Assembly (NCBI GenBank): GCA_032718475.1
Contig: JAUCBJ010002052.1
Location: 1-64,000 of the forward strand
Direction of reading: 5' to 3'
Source of the DNA: Nemertoderma westbladi
Lineage: Eukaryota > Animalia > Xenacoelomorpha
DNA length: 64,000 bases
Shown: piece by piece, positions 37,028 through 49,072 of the stretch
Layout: each line of letters begins with the position of its first letter
How positions within the stretch are numbered: the first letter of the stretch is position 1
Made by a program: the position numbers and the translations under genes
Notes under the pieces: model-generated
What the model was told of the DNA's origin: nothing
What the model saw: the letters and a program-made list of their open reading frames with translations, nothing else
The model's database searches: none

Positions 37028-37297
37028 AATAATTATTATTTCTGATTCTAGCCAATTTTGTTGACCTTTATTATAATAACTTCAACACCATGGCAGATGA
37101 TCATCATATTAATCCAGGTGAGGCTACTCTGTGGAATACATCAAAATCGCCCAAAAGTTAAATTCAAAGTTTTAAATACTTTAACACATAGAAAGCGCCG
37201 ACGGAAAGCTTATTCCTTTTTCTGTGTTTGTTTAATTTTTTTTATTTCAATCATTATCTAATTTAGTTATTTTTTAAAGCTGTTTATGTTTTTACAC

Positions 37298-39985
37298 TAC
37301 TACTACTACTAGGATCGGCATGCTTCATTGCAGCTGCATTTTTAAGAATGCTGTGCCGGCTTATCGACAAAATTGCACCGCCACAACTCCCTATCACCCA
37401 TGACATTTGCTAGATCATTCATATCTTCAAGGCCAGTGTACTTTAAGATGCGTATCAAGAAAGTCATGAGTTGTCCACCATGCCTATTCACTCCATGAGG
37501 CTGCCAAAGCACAAGATTATGCACGGGCTGTTCCTCACGGCGGAACCAATGTCCTGCAAAGCGGAGGCGACTTTGTTCTAGTGTTAAGCTTGGGGGAACC
37601 AATGAGACACCTCCAATGATATATAGTGTCTGGTTGGAGATGTGTGCATTGCACTTGACACAATGAACCCGGCGCAGCATTCTTGTGAATGTGCCATCCA
37701 AAGATTTGGTGTCCTCAGCAGTTAGAGCCCAGCATGGACTCCCATAGAGGAGTACTGGAACTACTGCTGCTCTAAATAATCGGACCTTAAGTTTCCGATT
37801 AATTCTCTGTGACTTCCAAATCCTGGGAAGCCTATTCAAGGCTGTCCATGCCTTTCCCTTACGTATTCGAAGATCCTCACCTGACTTCCGGATCCATGAT
37901 CCCAGGTAACAGAAGTCGTCTACATGCTCAAGCCTTTGAGCTTATGCTCATCCGGTCAGAGACTTGCTGAGGACTTTCAAAGTTAACTGTCAAAATTTTG
38001 GTCTTTCTGGAGTTAATAAAAAGACCAACACTAGAAGCAGCATGTTCTAATGAGCTGAGGAACCGTTGGGCTTCCTCTAGTGATTCTGAGAGTACTCCTA
38101 AGTCATCAGCAAAGTCTAGATCAGTTAGGTACTTGGCAGGATTTCCTCGACTTCTGGAGCCAGTAGGTGGAGTTATCATCACCCCATCATCATTATGATG
38201 ATCTAAGGACATGCGTAGAACATAGTTAACCACAATTATGAACAAGAATGGCGCAAGTGTGTCTCCTTGGAGGACTTTCAAATTTCACAGTAGACACAAA
38301 TGTTGACGAACCATCATATACTGATCTGATGTTTATATTGAAAAATATCGAGACATGAAAAATATCGAGAGTAAAAATAACTCGAGTAAAAATATCGAGT
38401 GGTGAAAAATAACGATAATATCGAGAGTTCAAAAAATATCGAGAGTAAAAATATCGAGAGTAAAAATATCGAGAGTAAAAATATCGAGTGTTGAAAAATA
38501 TCGAGAGTAAAAATATCGAGTGTTGAAATATATCGAGAGTAAAAATATCGAGTGTTGAAAAAAAAATATCGAGAGTAAAAATATCGAGTGTTGAAAAATA
38601 CCGAGTGTTGAAAAATATCGAGACTAAAAATATCGATAGAAACAATTTTTTAAAATAAGGGTTGTATGATAATTTTTTTTCCTAAAAATGTTCTAGAACA
38701 AAAAAATGTGTTCTAGAACAAAAAATATTTATCAATATTGGTAGCTTACACGTGTTCTTAACTTTTATAAAAATAAGTAGAAAATACTAGCTATTTTAAA
38801 AAATTTAAAATGTGATCTAAAACTAAAAAATGTGTTCTAGATCAAATTAAAAATTCTAATTTCATTTTAATTTTTCCTAATTTTGATATTTTACCAAAAT
38901 TGATAGCTAGCACTTCTTCTATAATATTTATTAAAAAAATAGCAAAAAACAGCTAGTATAATAAATCTGGTGAATGGGTATCCAAGGTGTATTAATGCCA
39001 TTTATTTGCACTTGCACTGTTGTAACCCATGCACTGCAATATTGTCCCATAATTTTAAATAAAATGCTCAAGCAAAATGCAATACTTTTACTCTCGATAT
39101 TTTTCAACACTCGATATTTTTACTCTCGATATTTTTACTCTTGATATTTTTCAACACTCGATATTTTTCAACGCTCGTTATTTTTACTCTCGATATTTTT
39201 CAACACTCGATATTTTTAATCTAGATATTTTTACTCTCGATATTTTTCAACACTCGATATTTTTACTCTCGATATTTTTACTCTCGATATTTTTCAACAC
39301 TCGATATTTTTACTCTCGATGTTTTTCAACACTCGATATTTTTCAACACTCGATATTTTTCAACACTCGATATTTTTACTCTCGATGTTTTTCAACACTC
39401 GATAATTTTCAACACTCGATATTTTTCAACACTCGATATTTTTACTCTCGATGTTTTTCAACACTCGTTATTTTTAATCTCGATATTTTTACTCTCGTTA
39501 TTTTTACTCTCGATATTTTTCAAGTCTCGATATTTTTCACCATTACCAATCTGATTGCTGCAATAATTTCATCAGGAATCCCACATATGAAAGTATGCTG
39601 AACATACGTGAGTGAGACTGAATCAAAGGCCTTGAAGAAGTCAACAAAGATAACAGCCAGATGCCTGTCTTTCTTTTTTGATAACTTATCCTTCGAAGTG
39701 CCAAAATGGGCTCCATGGTTCCACGACCTTTACGGAACCCATTCTGATTTCCACGGAGCAGTCTCTCAATGGGATCCCTGATGCGATTTAATAGAATTCT
39801 ATTGTATAGCTTTGCAGCAATCGAGATCAATGAGTTTCCCCGTAAAGAACCATGGAGTGTTAGGTTGCCCTTCTTGGGAACTGGCATCAACTTATTTGTT
39901 TTCATTTCTTGTGGGACTCTTGTTGTTCTGTACATGTCTAATATGATGGGATAGATGAGCTTTAAACACTCAGGTATTTTAAAGG
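37298..39985 (-). mobile_element. Longest RTE LINE copy (RT domain, frameshifted), split by a foldback insertion
   Basis: PVPKKGNL, NQNGFRKGRGT, QGDTLAPFLF and DFADD motifs; (TAG)n tail near 37298. Confidence 0.93.
38330..39548. mobile_element. Foldback-like DNA element whose inverted arms are 16/17-bp tandem arrays
   Basis: (AAAAATATCGAGAGT/GTGTTG)n at left, reverse complement at right; ATCTGA at 38324-38329 and 39549-39554; LINE rejoins across it. Confidence 0.88.
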
Positions 39986-40249
39986 CCATTTTTTTAAAGA
40001 ATATTTTTACACAAATTCCCATCGTACTCATATTAACATATTTTTATACATAAATATTACTCAATAATGCGATATATTATTGTAAATTTACTATTATTGT
40101 AAATGTATTAATGACACTAAGCTAGGTTTAAAATGCAGTTGAGTAAATATTGTTCATCTCAGATTTCTGAATGAATACCGTAGTGACGTTCAACTGTACA
40201 GCCTGTTCAACTGTACGCCTTTGCCAGTGGTCTCATATTGAAGAGTAAT

Positions 40250-40390
40250 GTAAACAGCATAGGGTCCTCCAACTACGAAATGGCAAGGCATGGTCTCCAA
40301 TCAATAAATTATTAAGTGTATAGAAATCACCTGGAAGCAAACCTTCTTTTGAGGGTAAATTTATTCTGGCTGCAGCAGTAGAGCCTTTTC
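40250..40390 (-). pseudogene. Possible PIF/Harbinger transposase relic
   Basis: INLPSKEGLLPG...LLIGDHALPFRSW resembles the LxLP..LPG...GDxAFPL motif. Confidence 0.35.
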
Positions 40391-40492
40391 TATATAGCTG
40401 TCCCTGGTGGACCGGATCCCTTGGTGGTGCAAACACCACTGATGCACCACTGCACTGGTGCAGGTACACCTAACAAAATGAGATTTCTCTGC

Positions 40493-40728
40493 GAGACAGG
40501 GGGGGGGGGGGGGGGGGGGAGGGACTAGACGCAAAACCCGCCTTGCCGAATTAATATCTCGCCTCAATGTTAAATTCTCAATTTAGGGAAAGGAGCAGTT
40601 TACAGTGGCACGTACAGTTTACGGTTTTATTTTTTAGAGTAATCAGCTGTTATTTGCGTCGAACTTCCCCAGGAGAGGGATGAATTTTTATTGCGTCCAG
40701 TTCCCCCCCCCCCCCCCCCCCCTATCTG
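40493..40728. mobile_element. MITE with poly-G/poly-C TIRs (copy 2)
   Basis: Aligns to 13975-14242. Confidence 0.8.
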
Positions 40729-41104
40729 AACCCAGCACCACCCTACAGGCACGATGAATAAGACTTACCGGCCATTACATAATTCATATATGTATACCGT
40801 TGGTTCACCACATCAATGCGTCCTTTCATACTGCCCAGCACTATGCAGTAGAGTGCAATGCTATTAAAATAAATCGTTCAGTCGATACAATGGTTAATAT
40901 GTTATTATAAATGTTATTGCTATTAAAAGTCCATGAAAAGTACAAAAATTACTGATTTAACATCTGAGTATGGTGAGTCCCAATTGGGTTCTGTTTTAAC
41001 CCGTTACCTTGAATTCAAATCTCTTGCAAATCTCAATCATATTCGAACCTATGGTCACTAAATGAGTCGCAATTTCCTCTGCGAGTATAAGTTTTAGTAA
41101 CTTT

Positions 41105-41136
<32 letters not shown>

Positions 41137-41509
41137 TTTATATATAACTTTTATTCATTAAAATTCATAGTTACAATAACACATGAGGCAGTCTACATAA
41201 GGAGTAGACTGATAATTAAAATGAATATTGAATAAGCGTGGCAGGGCCAAAGTGGTGCTCAACAACACTTGTACGTACAGTAAGTAATCTAATTTAATAT
41301 ATAAAAATAACAATTTACCTGTTTTCTTTTTTTACCCTTGACTTCTAGTTCATGGGGGATCGCACAAAATAAGTGGTCAGGTAATAATCGCAGTATTCTT
41401 GATCTAACGGTCGAATGAAACATAATTTTTAGAGTTTAATTTTAAGTATTTAATTTATTCAATTGTTTACATCCCTATAGCTTGTATGCATCTTGTTGCT
41501 GGATGGTGG

Positions 41510-41910
41510 GGTAGCTCAGCTGTGGTATGTCCGGCTGTCCGGTACATAGCCAGACATCTGTAGCCCGTAGGCTAAGGTAAAAGTGGGTGCTGGAGTAACA
41601 CAACCGGTCCGTATAATATCCAGAATGAATGATAGTGATATATAGGCCAGTGCCCTAAACAGTAAAGAGGATAGTGAAATATACATATCTATACAAAGCT
41701 GGTTGAGGGCCGGGCTTACACTCCATTGGTTGTAGGTTCAGCCCTGCCAGGGTTCACTCAGCCTTTTATCCACTGGTATCGATAAAATTTGGACCAGTTG
41801 AATTACTGGGAGCAAAACATGGGTTAGGAGTAGCGCCCGCCAAAGGTGGGCGCTATCGAAAGAGTTGCCTTGGGTCGCCTCCGACATTGGCCGACTTGCT
41901 TGCTTACTTC
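41510..41910 (+). mobile_element. SINE-like element (tRNA-like head apparently interrupted)
   Basis: GTAGCTCAG..TGGT start; ACTCAGCCTTTTATCC..TCGATAAAA core similar to the 34000-34245 SINE; (CTTG)n tail. Confidence 0.5.
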
Positions 41911-42330
41911 TGCACACACACCCCGTTCTACATGAAACAAACATTTAAATTAATATCATCAATATAACTTCTTTACAGTTAGTTATACCGACCCCTTACC
42001 GTCTCACATAGCAACCAACTTAACTTTCAATTCAAATGAAACCTAAGGACAAACTGAGAAGAATAATGTCTCTGTTTCAGTCATGTGAATATATCTATAT
42101 ATATATATATAGTTGCACTGCTTTTATATATAAATATTAAGAAGCCCCTTGGTGCACCCATTTATTAGACAAAGTGTTTATGGAACCAACGGATAATTAA
42201 TTAATATTTAATTAACATAACTTCGCGGTGCTTTATGTTGATTGCGCTAATTTAGGCGAATTTCAGAATAAAATTTACAATTAATACAATTAATTAATTT
42301 TCGCTTCATTTTCTATTTATTCAATTTCAG

Positions 42331-42405
42331 AGGATGAGGACTTTCACAGCAATATTAATGCTATATGCCGGGCGCGATCCAACGATGATCTTTACATATT
42401 CAAAG
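42331..42405 (+). CDS. Hemopexin-repeat protein, exon a
   Basis: TTTCAG|...|GTATG; DEDFHSNINAICRARSNDDLYIFKG fits the hemopexin repeat start. Confidence 0.75.
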
Positions 42406-43756
42406 GTATGTATACTGTGAAACGAAGTAGGTTTACAAATAAATCGTTTGCTTAGAGGGCCATTTGATAATACGGAATAACTACAAAAATGTGTACAGAA
42501 ATCTCAGAACTTACAGTATAACTTCTTGATCGCCAGATATTGGATTAGAAATATGGAGAAAAATCAACATTTTTTATTATAGGATTAAAAGTAAGAGTAT
42601 TTTTTACGCTTTGTACTGTATTGGAAACAGTTGCATTTCAGATTTACTGTCGTTACGTGAAGTTCATTACTTATAAAACCCAGATTATCGCAATTCTTCA
42701 ACGTTCTTCTCCCTAATATTTCTAAAAGATAAGCAGTTGTTCGGTTGCAGTTGCAATATTATTAGAATTAGTAGTTATATTTTGTGAAAAATTAGTAATG
42801 TAAATTATAATTACGAAATGTAGGCGAAAAAACAACATAATATTTTCATTGGGGTCTGAATGTATGAAATGCCTACAAAAACACATATTTATTATTATAT
42901 CGAATCAAATTTTTAAATAATTGAATTACAAATATTTAATGCTGTGGTCGGGTTTCGAACTCAATAAATAATAACCAAAACTCCTGCGCTCTGCCACCTG
43001 AGCTAATTTTCCCACTATCTATCACCAATTTACAAATAGATGGCACTGTTTTCTACAAATTTTAGCTCTATTATCAAGAGGTTTTCTCAAATGAAATAAT
43101 TATTTTGTCCTGGGGTCCTTCTTTATCAAGGAAATTGTTTGCACATTGATTCTTCCCTGTTCATAGTTGCTGGGTACTATATATACTGCTAAGACCTCTT
43201 GTTGTGAAATTACTTGCTGGAATATAGATGTAGTGGGAAGGAAATACATCCAGCCTGTTGATCTGGATAGTAGATGTAGAGGGAAAACCACAGGTTCAAT
43301 TGCAGGAGCAATATTTTCTGATCTGTGTTGAATATGAGAATCCATGAATGGTGTCCAGAGATCTGCTGCAATAGGAATTTATCTGCCGAAAACCTCCGAA
43401 TGTGAAAGTCATAATCTGTAATGAATAAATTATCAAGGGTATGGAAAATATCCGGTATTTTCTGAAGGTCATATTATTACAGGCAGCAAGTATAAGGGAT
43501 GAGTATTGGCGGCAACTTCAATCATAGCATTGATCAGGCGGCTGTGCGTGTGCAGTGCAGTGAGCATCATCTTGGGCAGCCGGTCTGGGTGGGCAGAGAA
43601 AATGTGGCGATTACAAGGGTCTCCTAAAAGACACCAGTCCTGATAATTCAGATTAATTTGGGGATTTACATCAATTCCTATATGTAAAGGAAAGGAATTA
43701 ATTATGAAGGTACTAAATAAAGCATGAGATAATTAAACTATTATCATTCATTGCAG

Positions 43757-43916
43757 GTGAAAATCTTCTAAAGGTGGATAGTAATGGATGGATTTGTGAA
43801 GGCTACCCCAAACGAACTGCAGATGAGTTCACTAACTGTCCAGAATACATAACAGCGGCCTACTTCAGCAAACCCTGCCCCGAGCTGGTTGCTAATGGAC
43901 AAGCAGAAGCTACAGA
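43757..43916 (+). CDS. Hemopexin-repeat protein, exon b
   Basis: TTGCAG acceptor in phase with exon a; ICEGYPKRTADEF..CPEYITAAY; weak donor GTTGAG. Confidence 0.75.
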
Positions 43917-44702
43917 GTTGAGTTCGATCTCTAATACTGTTTCATTGTTCTAAGTGTTAATTTAAATGTTTGAATCCAATAAGCTAGCAGTGTATAAGAT
44001 GGAGTGAAAAAATTGGAAATTTAATTTTATACAATCAAATTGTCTAAGAGAATGAGAATGAGCAATAAACATAGACAACATCTTAACAAGATTTTGGAGC
44101 TTTGTTGAGAGGGGGTCATTTTGCTAAAATATCATTGCAAAAATAAAATGTTGATATAATTCTTGGTAGGTGGTGTGACTCAGATTAGCAATAATTATAT
44201 ATAATAAGAAGAATATACCATACCTTCATAATTTTAATATTATGAACAAGAGTCACCAGTTTTGCTGATCATACTTTTCAATAACCTTTCCTGAGTCAAT
44301 TGGCACCATTCCAAGATGTATGGCATCATTCTGCTAACTTTATTGAGGGCCATGGCAGAATGTGCTCAATAACATCCTTTCCTTTCCTCGACTTATAATT
44401 ATGCTTGAACCACTGTTGCAGTTCAACCCAGATGATGATATCCTCATGCAAGTCATACGCATTCTCTCGGGACACCTTTAGCACAGACTCAAGTGAGTTG
44501 ACCTTCGCGGTGAAAAGTACATCTTGAGAGTGAGCACACTTGAGGGAGGTGAAAAGTTATATGACAGATCATGGCACACACTGTCAATTGAAGGAATAAA
44601 CACCGCATGGTGGTTGTACTCCACTGTGGTTGATGCATCAACTTAAGACTGATGCATTTGGTTCTTCACTCTGTGCAGGATGTTGATAAGCTCAGCATCA
44701 AT

Positions 44703-45468
44703 GGGGTACACGACTCAAATTCAAAACCAGATTAATTAGATGCAATAATATCACAGAAACACAATGGCGTTTACAGAATTCAATCAGATGCTAAAATAGC
44801 CGAGATGTTTGTGTTTTCAGTTTAAAAATTATTCAAAATATGAAAACGATCTGTGATTGGTCGTGACGTCACTATAAGCCTCCGAATTCCATTTATATCA
44901 ACATTCAGATAGTTAATACTATCTTTGTATAAATTTGGGCAGTTTGTTACTGCAGGACTGCTATATTCTGTACTCTCCGTTCGCCATATTCGCTAGTTCT
45001 TGCTGTTGTCCCGGGTACTCTCCGTTCGCCATATAAATAAACAAGTATGCAGTGCTGGAAAGCTTGTCCTTGTACCGGTAACTGCTGAACTGTACTACAG
45101 TACTAATGTAGGCTACATTAGTAGCCTACATTTAGTCGCTCACATTAAGGCTACATTAGTAGCCATTAGTAGGCTACATACTGCTACATTATGTAGCAGT
45201 AGTACCTGTGTAATAAACTGCCTAATTTGTACTGTAATTTACACAAAGATAGTATTGGGTATCTGACTGTTGGTAACAATGGGTTCCCGAGGCGTATAGT
45301 GACGTCACGACCAATCACAGATCGTTTTCATATTTTGAATAATTTTTAAACGGAAAACACCAATATCTCGGCTATTTTAGCATCTTATTGAATTCTGTAA
45401 ACGCCATTGTGTTTCTGTGATATTATTGCATCTAATTAATCTGATTTTGAATTTGAGTCGTGAACCCC
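44703..45468. mobile_element. MITE with ~175-bp TIRs (intronic)
   Basis: GGGGTACACGACTC...GACGTCACTATA mirrored at 45295-45468; AT on both flanks. Confidence 0.9.
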
Positions 45469-45563
45469 ATTTGGAAAACCCAAAACCATAAAAATTTTCA
45501 ATTAATTAATGTTAAATGTCCGCATTTTATTTCAAATACTCCCTGTCGTTTTATTATTTGCAG

Positions 45564-45789
45564 CATCCTATACTTGGTCGGTGAAGGATTTAAGAAATTC
45601 TATGACGCGGAATTCAAAATGGTATTAAATGAGGATCTAAATCCGTTCTTTCAACCCGCTGGCCTGGACCCTAAAACCATTAGTGCAGTCGCTTATTACC
45701 ATGGAGACGGTATGCATGATGGTGACGCAGTCAAGTACAACGTCGTTGCAGTGAATATGAAGGCTCCGAACCCTAAGACTGGAGGTTAA
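45564..45789 (+). CDS. Hemopexin-repeat protein, exon c (stop at 45789 or donor after 45784)
   Basis: TTTGCAG acceptor in phase with exon b; ILYLVGEG...GLDPKTISAVAY. Confidence 0.65.
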
Positions 45790-46989
45790 TTATTTTAATA
45801 ATAATGCGTAGCGTTTATACCCCATATCCCATATACTACTACTATTACTTGGACGAGTGAACTCGGACATTGGAAATGAGATCCATTTAAGCTTTCAGAT
45901 TCGAGATAGCTGTCGCGATTTCGTTTCTCTCAAGTTCAGTATCCCTTCCAAGCTGTTCTATTATGTTATAGCCGGTCTTCCAAGGGAACGCTTTTCTTGT
46001 TGTGTTGGTTACCAGGAAAGTAAATCTGGTATGACCTCATGTTTACTTCTCTAGTACAGTACTACCCAGGGAATCGTAATCTGCGCTTGCGGAGAGTGGT
46101 TGATACAGGTGGCCTGGTGGTATTGTGGGGCGAGCCACGAAGTGAGCGAAGAAGCCTTCCATATGAGTGCCATTAACAAGTTGTCTGTCGTCGTCGTCGT
46201 CGTAAATTTTTGATCGCTAATAACTCGGTTATTCCTCGATGAAACTAAACGAAACTTGGTACGTATGTAGTCCGTCAAAAGTTTAGAAAGAATCGGAAGT
46301 TTGGTAAAAAACGAACGAACGCAACGAGTTTACTGTGGATACGAGTATCCATCTGCCATAAATCAGCAGTTACTCTCACAGTTTCAAGACTTTGCATAGT
46401 TATAAAGGTCGTTAGTCTCCGTTTAGGAAAATTGTTTTAAGACATAACAGGACGAGCGTAACGAGGCTAATGAAGGAGAAGAGTATTGTAAAACTAAAAA
46501 TGTCATACTTAACTTAAAACGACTAGTTAGAAGGTTTACAAATGACAGTTAAAGTGTGTAAGGGCAAACTGAAATGGATCTCTGTTTTTACAACTAGTTT
46601 ATCACAATCTGATAGCATCGCCTTCACTCATATATATTTTGGGAAAGACGGTTTTCGTATATCTAATAGAGATTAGTATAATGTACGTTCTAATATAGGT
46701 TCTCGTGCTGCGCGAAGGCCCCACGAACGTGTACCATAAGTTAGTTGTCTCCAGCTGACAATCAATTCGTATAAAAGTACATTTTCCACTGTGGCTCGAA
46801 AGAACTTAGTCTTCAGGTGCCTGGAGAGATCTGATTTCCAGATGGTTTCCATTTTTGATAGATAAGACGATGATCCAAGGCAGACGCACTAGATACCCTC
46901 CACCGCGCACATTCATTACAAACAGTGAACAAATTATTTACAATTGTCTCAGTTAATTGCTCGCTAATCGAATAATTTTGATTATCAAA

Positions 46990-47190
46990 TTTCCCAAAAA
47001 CTTAGCTCTGACCAGGTCATGCTCTGACCTATCGTATGCAGGGCACACCAACAAAAAATGTACCTCGCTTTCAATATCTCCCCCACAGACCCGACACACT
47101 CTATCGTATAATTTTGCGCCTCTAAAACACCCTAATTCAACCTCCAGAGGCAAGATTCCACATTGGAACTGGGCCATTAATGCTCTCGGG
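46990..47190 (-). mobile_element. Non-LTR retrotransposon C-terminal zinc-knuckle fragment (family other than the main RTE)
   Basis: CGILPLEVELG...CRVC..DIESEVHFLLVCPAY. Confidence 0.7.
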
Positions 47191-47324
47191 ATCATGGATC
47201 CGAAAGTCGGACCTTCGGATACGTAAGTGGAAGGCATGGGCAGCGTTATAGTCTGTCCAGGATTTGGAAGTCCCATAAAATAAAACGGAACATCAAGGTT
47301 CGATTATTTATGTCTGTATTAGTA

Positions 47325-47812
47325 CCAGTACTCTTATATGGTAGCCATGCTGGGCTCTAACTTCAGAGGATACCAAATCTCTGGATACATTTTATTATAG
47401 GAAAGGATCTAGGGGTCTTAACCTCGAATGAATAAATATAATAAGATAAAAATCTCTGGATGGCACTTTCACAAGAAAGCTGCGCCGGGTTAACTGTGTC
47501 AAGTACAATGAACACATCTCCAACCAGACACTATATAACATTTGAGCCTGGAGGTGTCTTATTGGTTCCCCCAAGATTGACACTAGAACATAGCCGCCTC
47601 CGGTTTGCAGGACATTGCATTCGCTGTGAGGACCAGCCAGTGTTTTGCCAGCCTTGTGTTTTGGCAGCCTCATTGAGTGAATAAGCATGGTGGACAGCCC
47701 AAGACTTTCTTGAGACGCATCTTAAGTACACTGGCCTTGAAGATGCGGATGATCTAGCAAATGTTATGGGTGATGCGGTGTAATTTTGTTGACAAGCGGC
47801 ACAGCATTCTTA
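47325..47812 (+). mobile_element. Degraded RTE LINE 3' fragment
   Basis: Matches other copies (VPPRLTLEHSRLRFAGHC); ends CACAGCATTCTTAA. Confidence 0.85.
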
Positions 47813-47899
47813 ATATAATATATATAATATTTAAAGTTTAAATTAAGTAAAGAAAATTAGGGAATATGACTGTAGGGTGTGAGATCAAGTTGTTTTTGT

Positions 47900-48178
47900 A
47901 TAATAATATTTTAAGAATTCAAAAAATGACAACTTATATGATCAATCACTAAAAATTTATTTACGATATTCTAGAATTATGGCACTACAAATAATCCTAT
48001 TATCATATTTATATTAGGAATTATCATATATCCTATCATTATTTGTAGTGCCATAATTCTAGAATATCGTTTATTTGAAAAAGATAGAGAGAGCTATCGA
48101 AAGCTAATAATAAAAAAATAAATTTTTAGTGATTGATCATATAAGTTGTCACTTTTTGAATTCTTAAAATATTATTAT
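47900..48178. repeat. Nested palindrome (outer ~60-bp and inner ~33-bp arms)
   Basis: TGACAACTTATATGATCAATCACTAAAAATTT and ACGATATTCTAGAATTATGGCACTACAAATAAT each mirrored. Confidence 0.85.
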
Positions 48179-48769
48179 GTATATATATATATATATTGAT
48201 ATAAATGTTGCCACTGTGCCACCCCTCCAGAATTGGCAGTGGCCCTTTGGCAACCTCTCAGCATATAAATGTGGCCCTATGGCAACATTAGTGGCATCTT
48301 GGCAACATGTTGCCTCTAGGCCCTGTGGCCCATTGACTGCTTTCGTATCTGACTGGCCCTAAGGTTGCTTTTTACAGTTACAACATATATCTGCGCTAAC
48401 TGTGTGGCCTTGTGGCCCATTGGCCTCTTTGTATCAGAGTGGTCCTTAGGTTGTTTTTTACATTTATAATGTACACCTTCTATGCAGACACATCTTTCCA
48501 ATAATATGGGGTTTTCCGTACAACCACCACACACACCAGCTAGAGTATCATTTAATGAGATGGTAATAATATATCGGAATATTAGGGCTGTTGTCTTTGT
48601 AATTATTCTAAACTTGAAATATACTCCGATGGTTTTCGTAGACAAATTTTTCTACAATGCATAATTTGTACTGTGGGTTATAAACTCTAAAGGCAAGTTA
48701 AAGTAAGCAAGGAAGTTGTTAATAGTCTTTTAAAAAGTCGTTAATATTTCAATAAAGTATGTTAATAAG

Positions 48770-48975
48770 AGTGAGTGAATGTGTGATGAGCGAGTGAATG
48801 TGTGAGTGGGTGAGTGAATGTGTGAGTGAGTGACTGAGTGAGTGGGTGAGTGAATGTTTGGGTGAGCGAGCGAGTGAGTGAATAAGTGGGTCAGTGAATG
48901 AGTGTGTGGGTGAGTGAATAAATTAGTGAATGTGTGAATGAATTAGAGAGTGACTGAGTGAGTGACTGATTGATT
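48770..48975. repeat. (GAGT/GAAT)n microsatellite
   Basis: Direct reading. Confidence 0.9.
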
Positions 48976-49072
48976 GGTTTATTGTCCATAACAAAATAAA
49001 TAAACTTAAACCGAAATAGAAATTGTGAAACACCATACACCAAAAGCCATGTATAGACCGGTTAAACATTAA

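Noticed and set aside
38226-39601. ORFs 38226-38645 and 39077-39601
   Set aside because: Translations of the foldback tandem arrays
43080-44700. Possible old LINE endonuclease fragments in the hemopexin introns
   Set aside because: Too degraded to assign by eye
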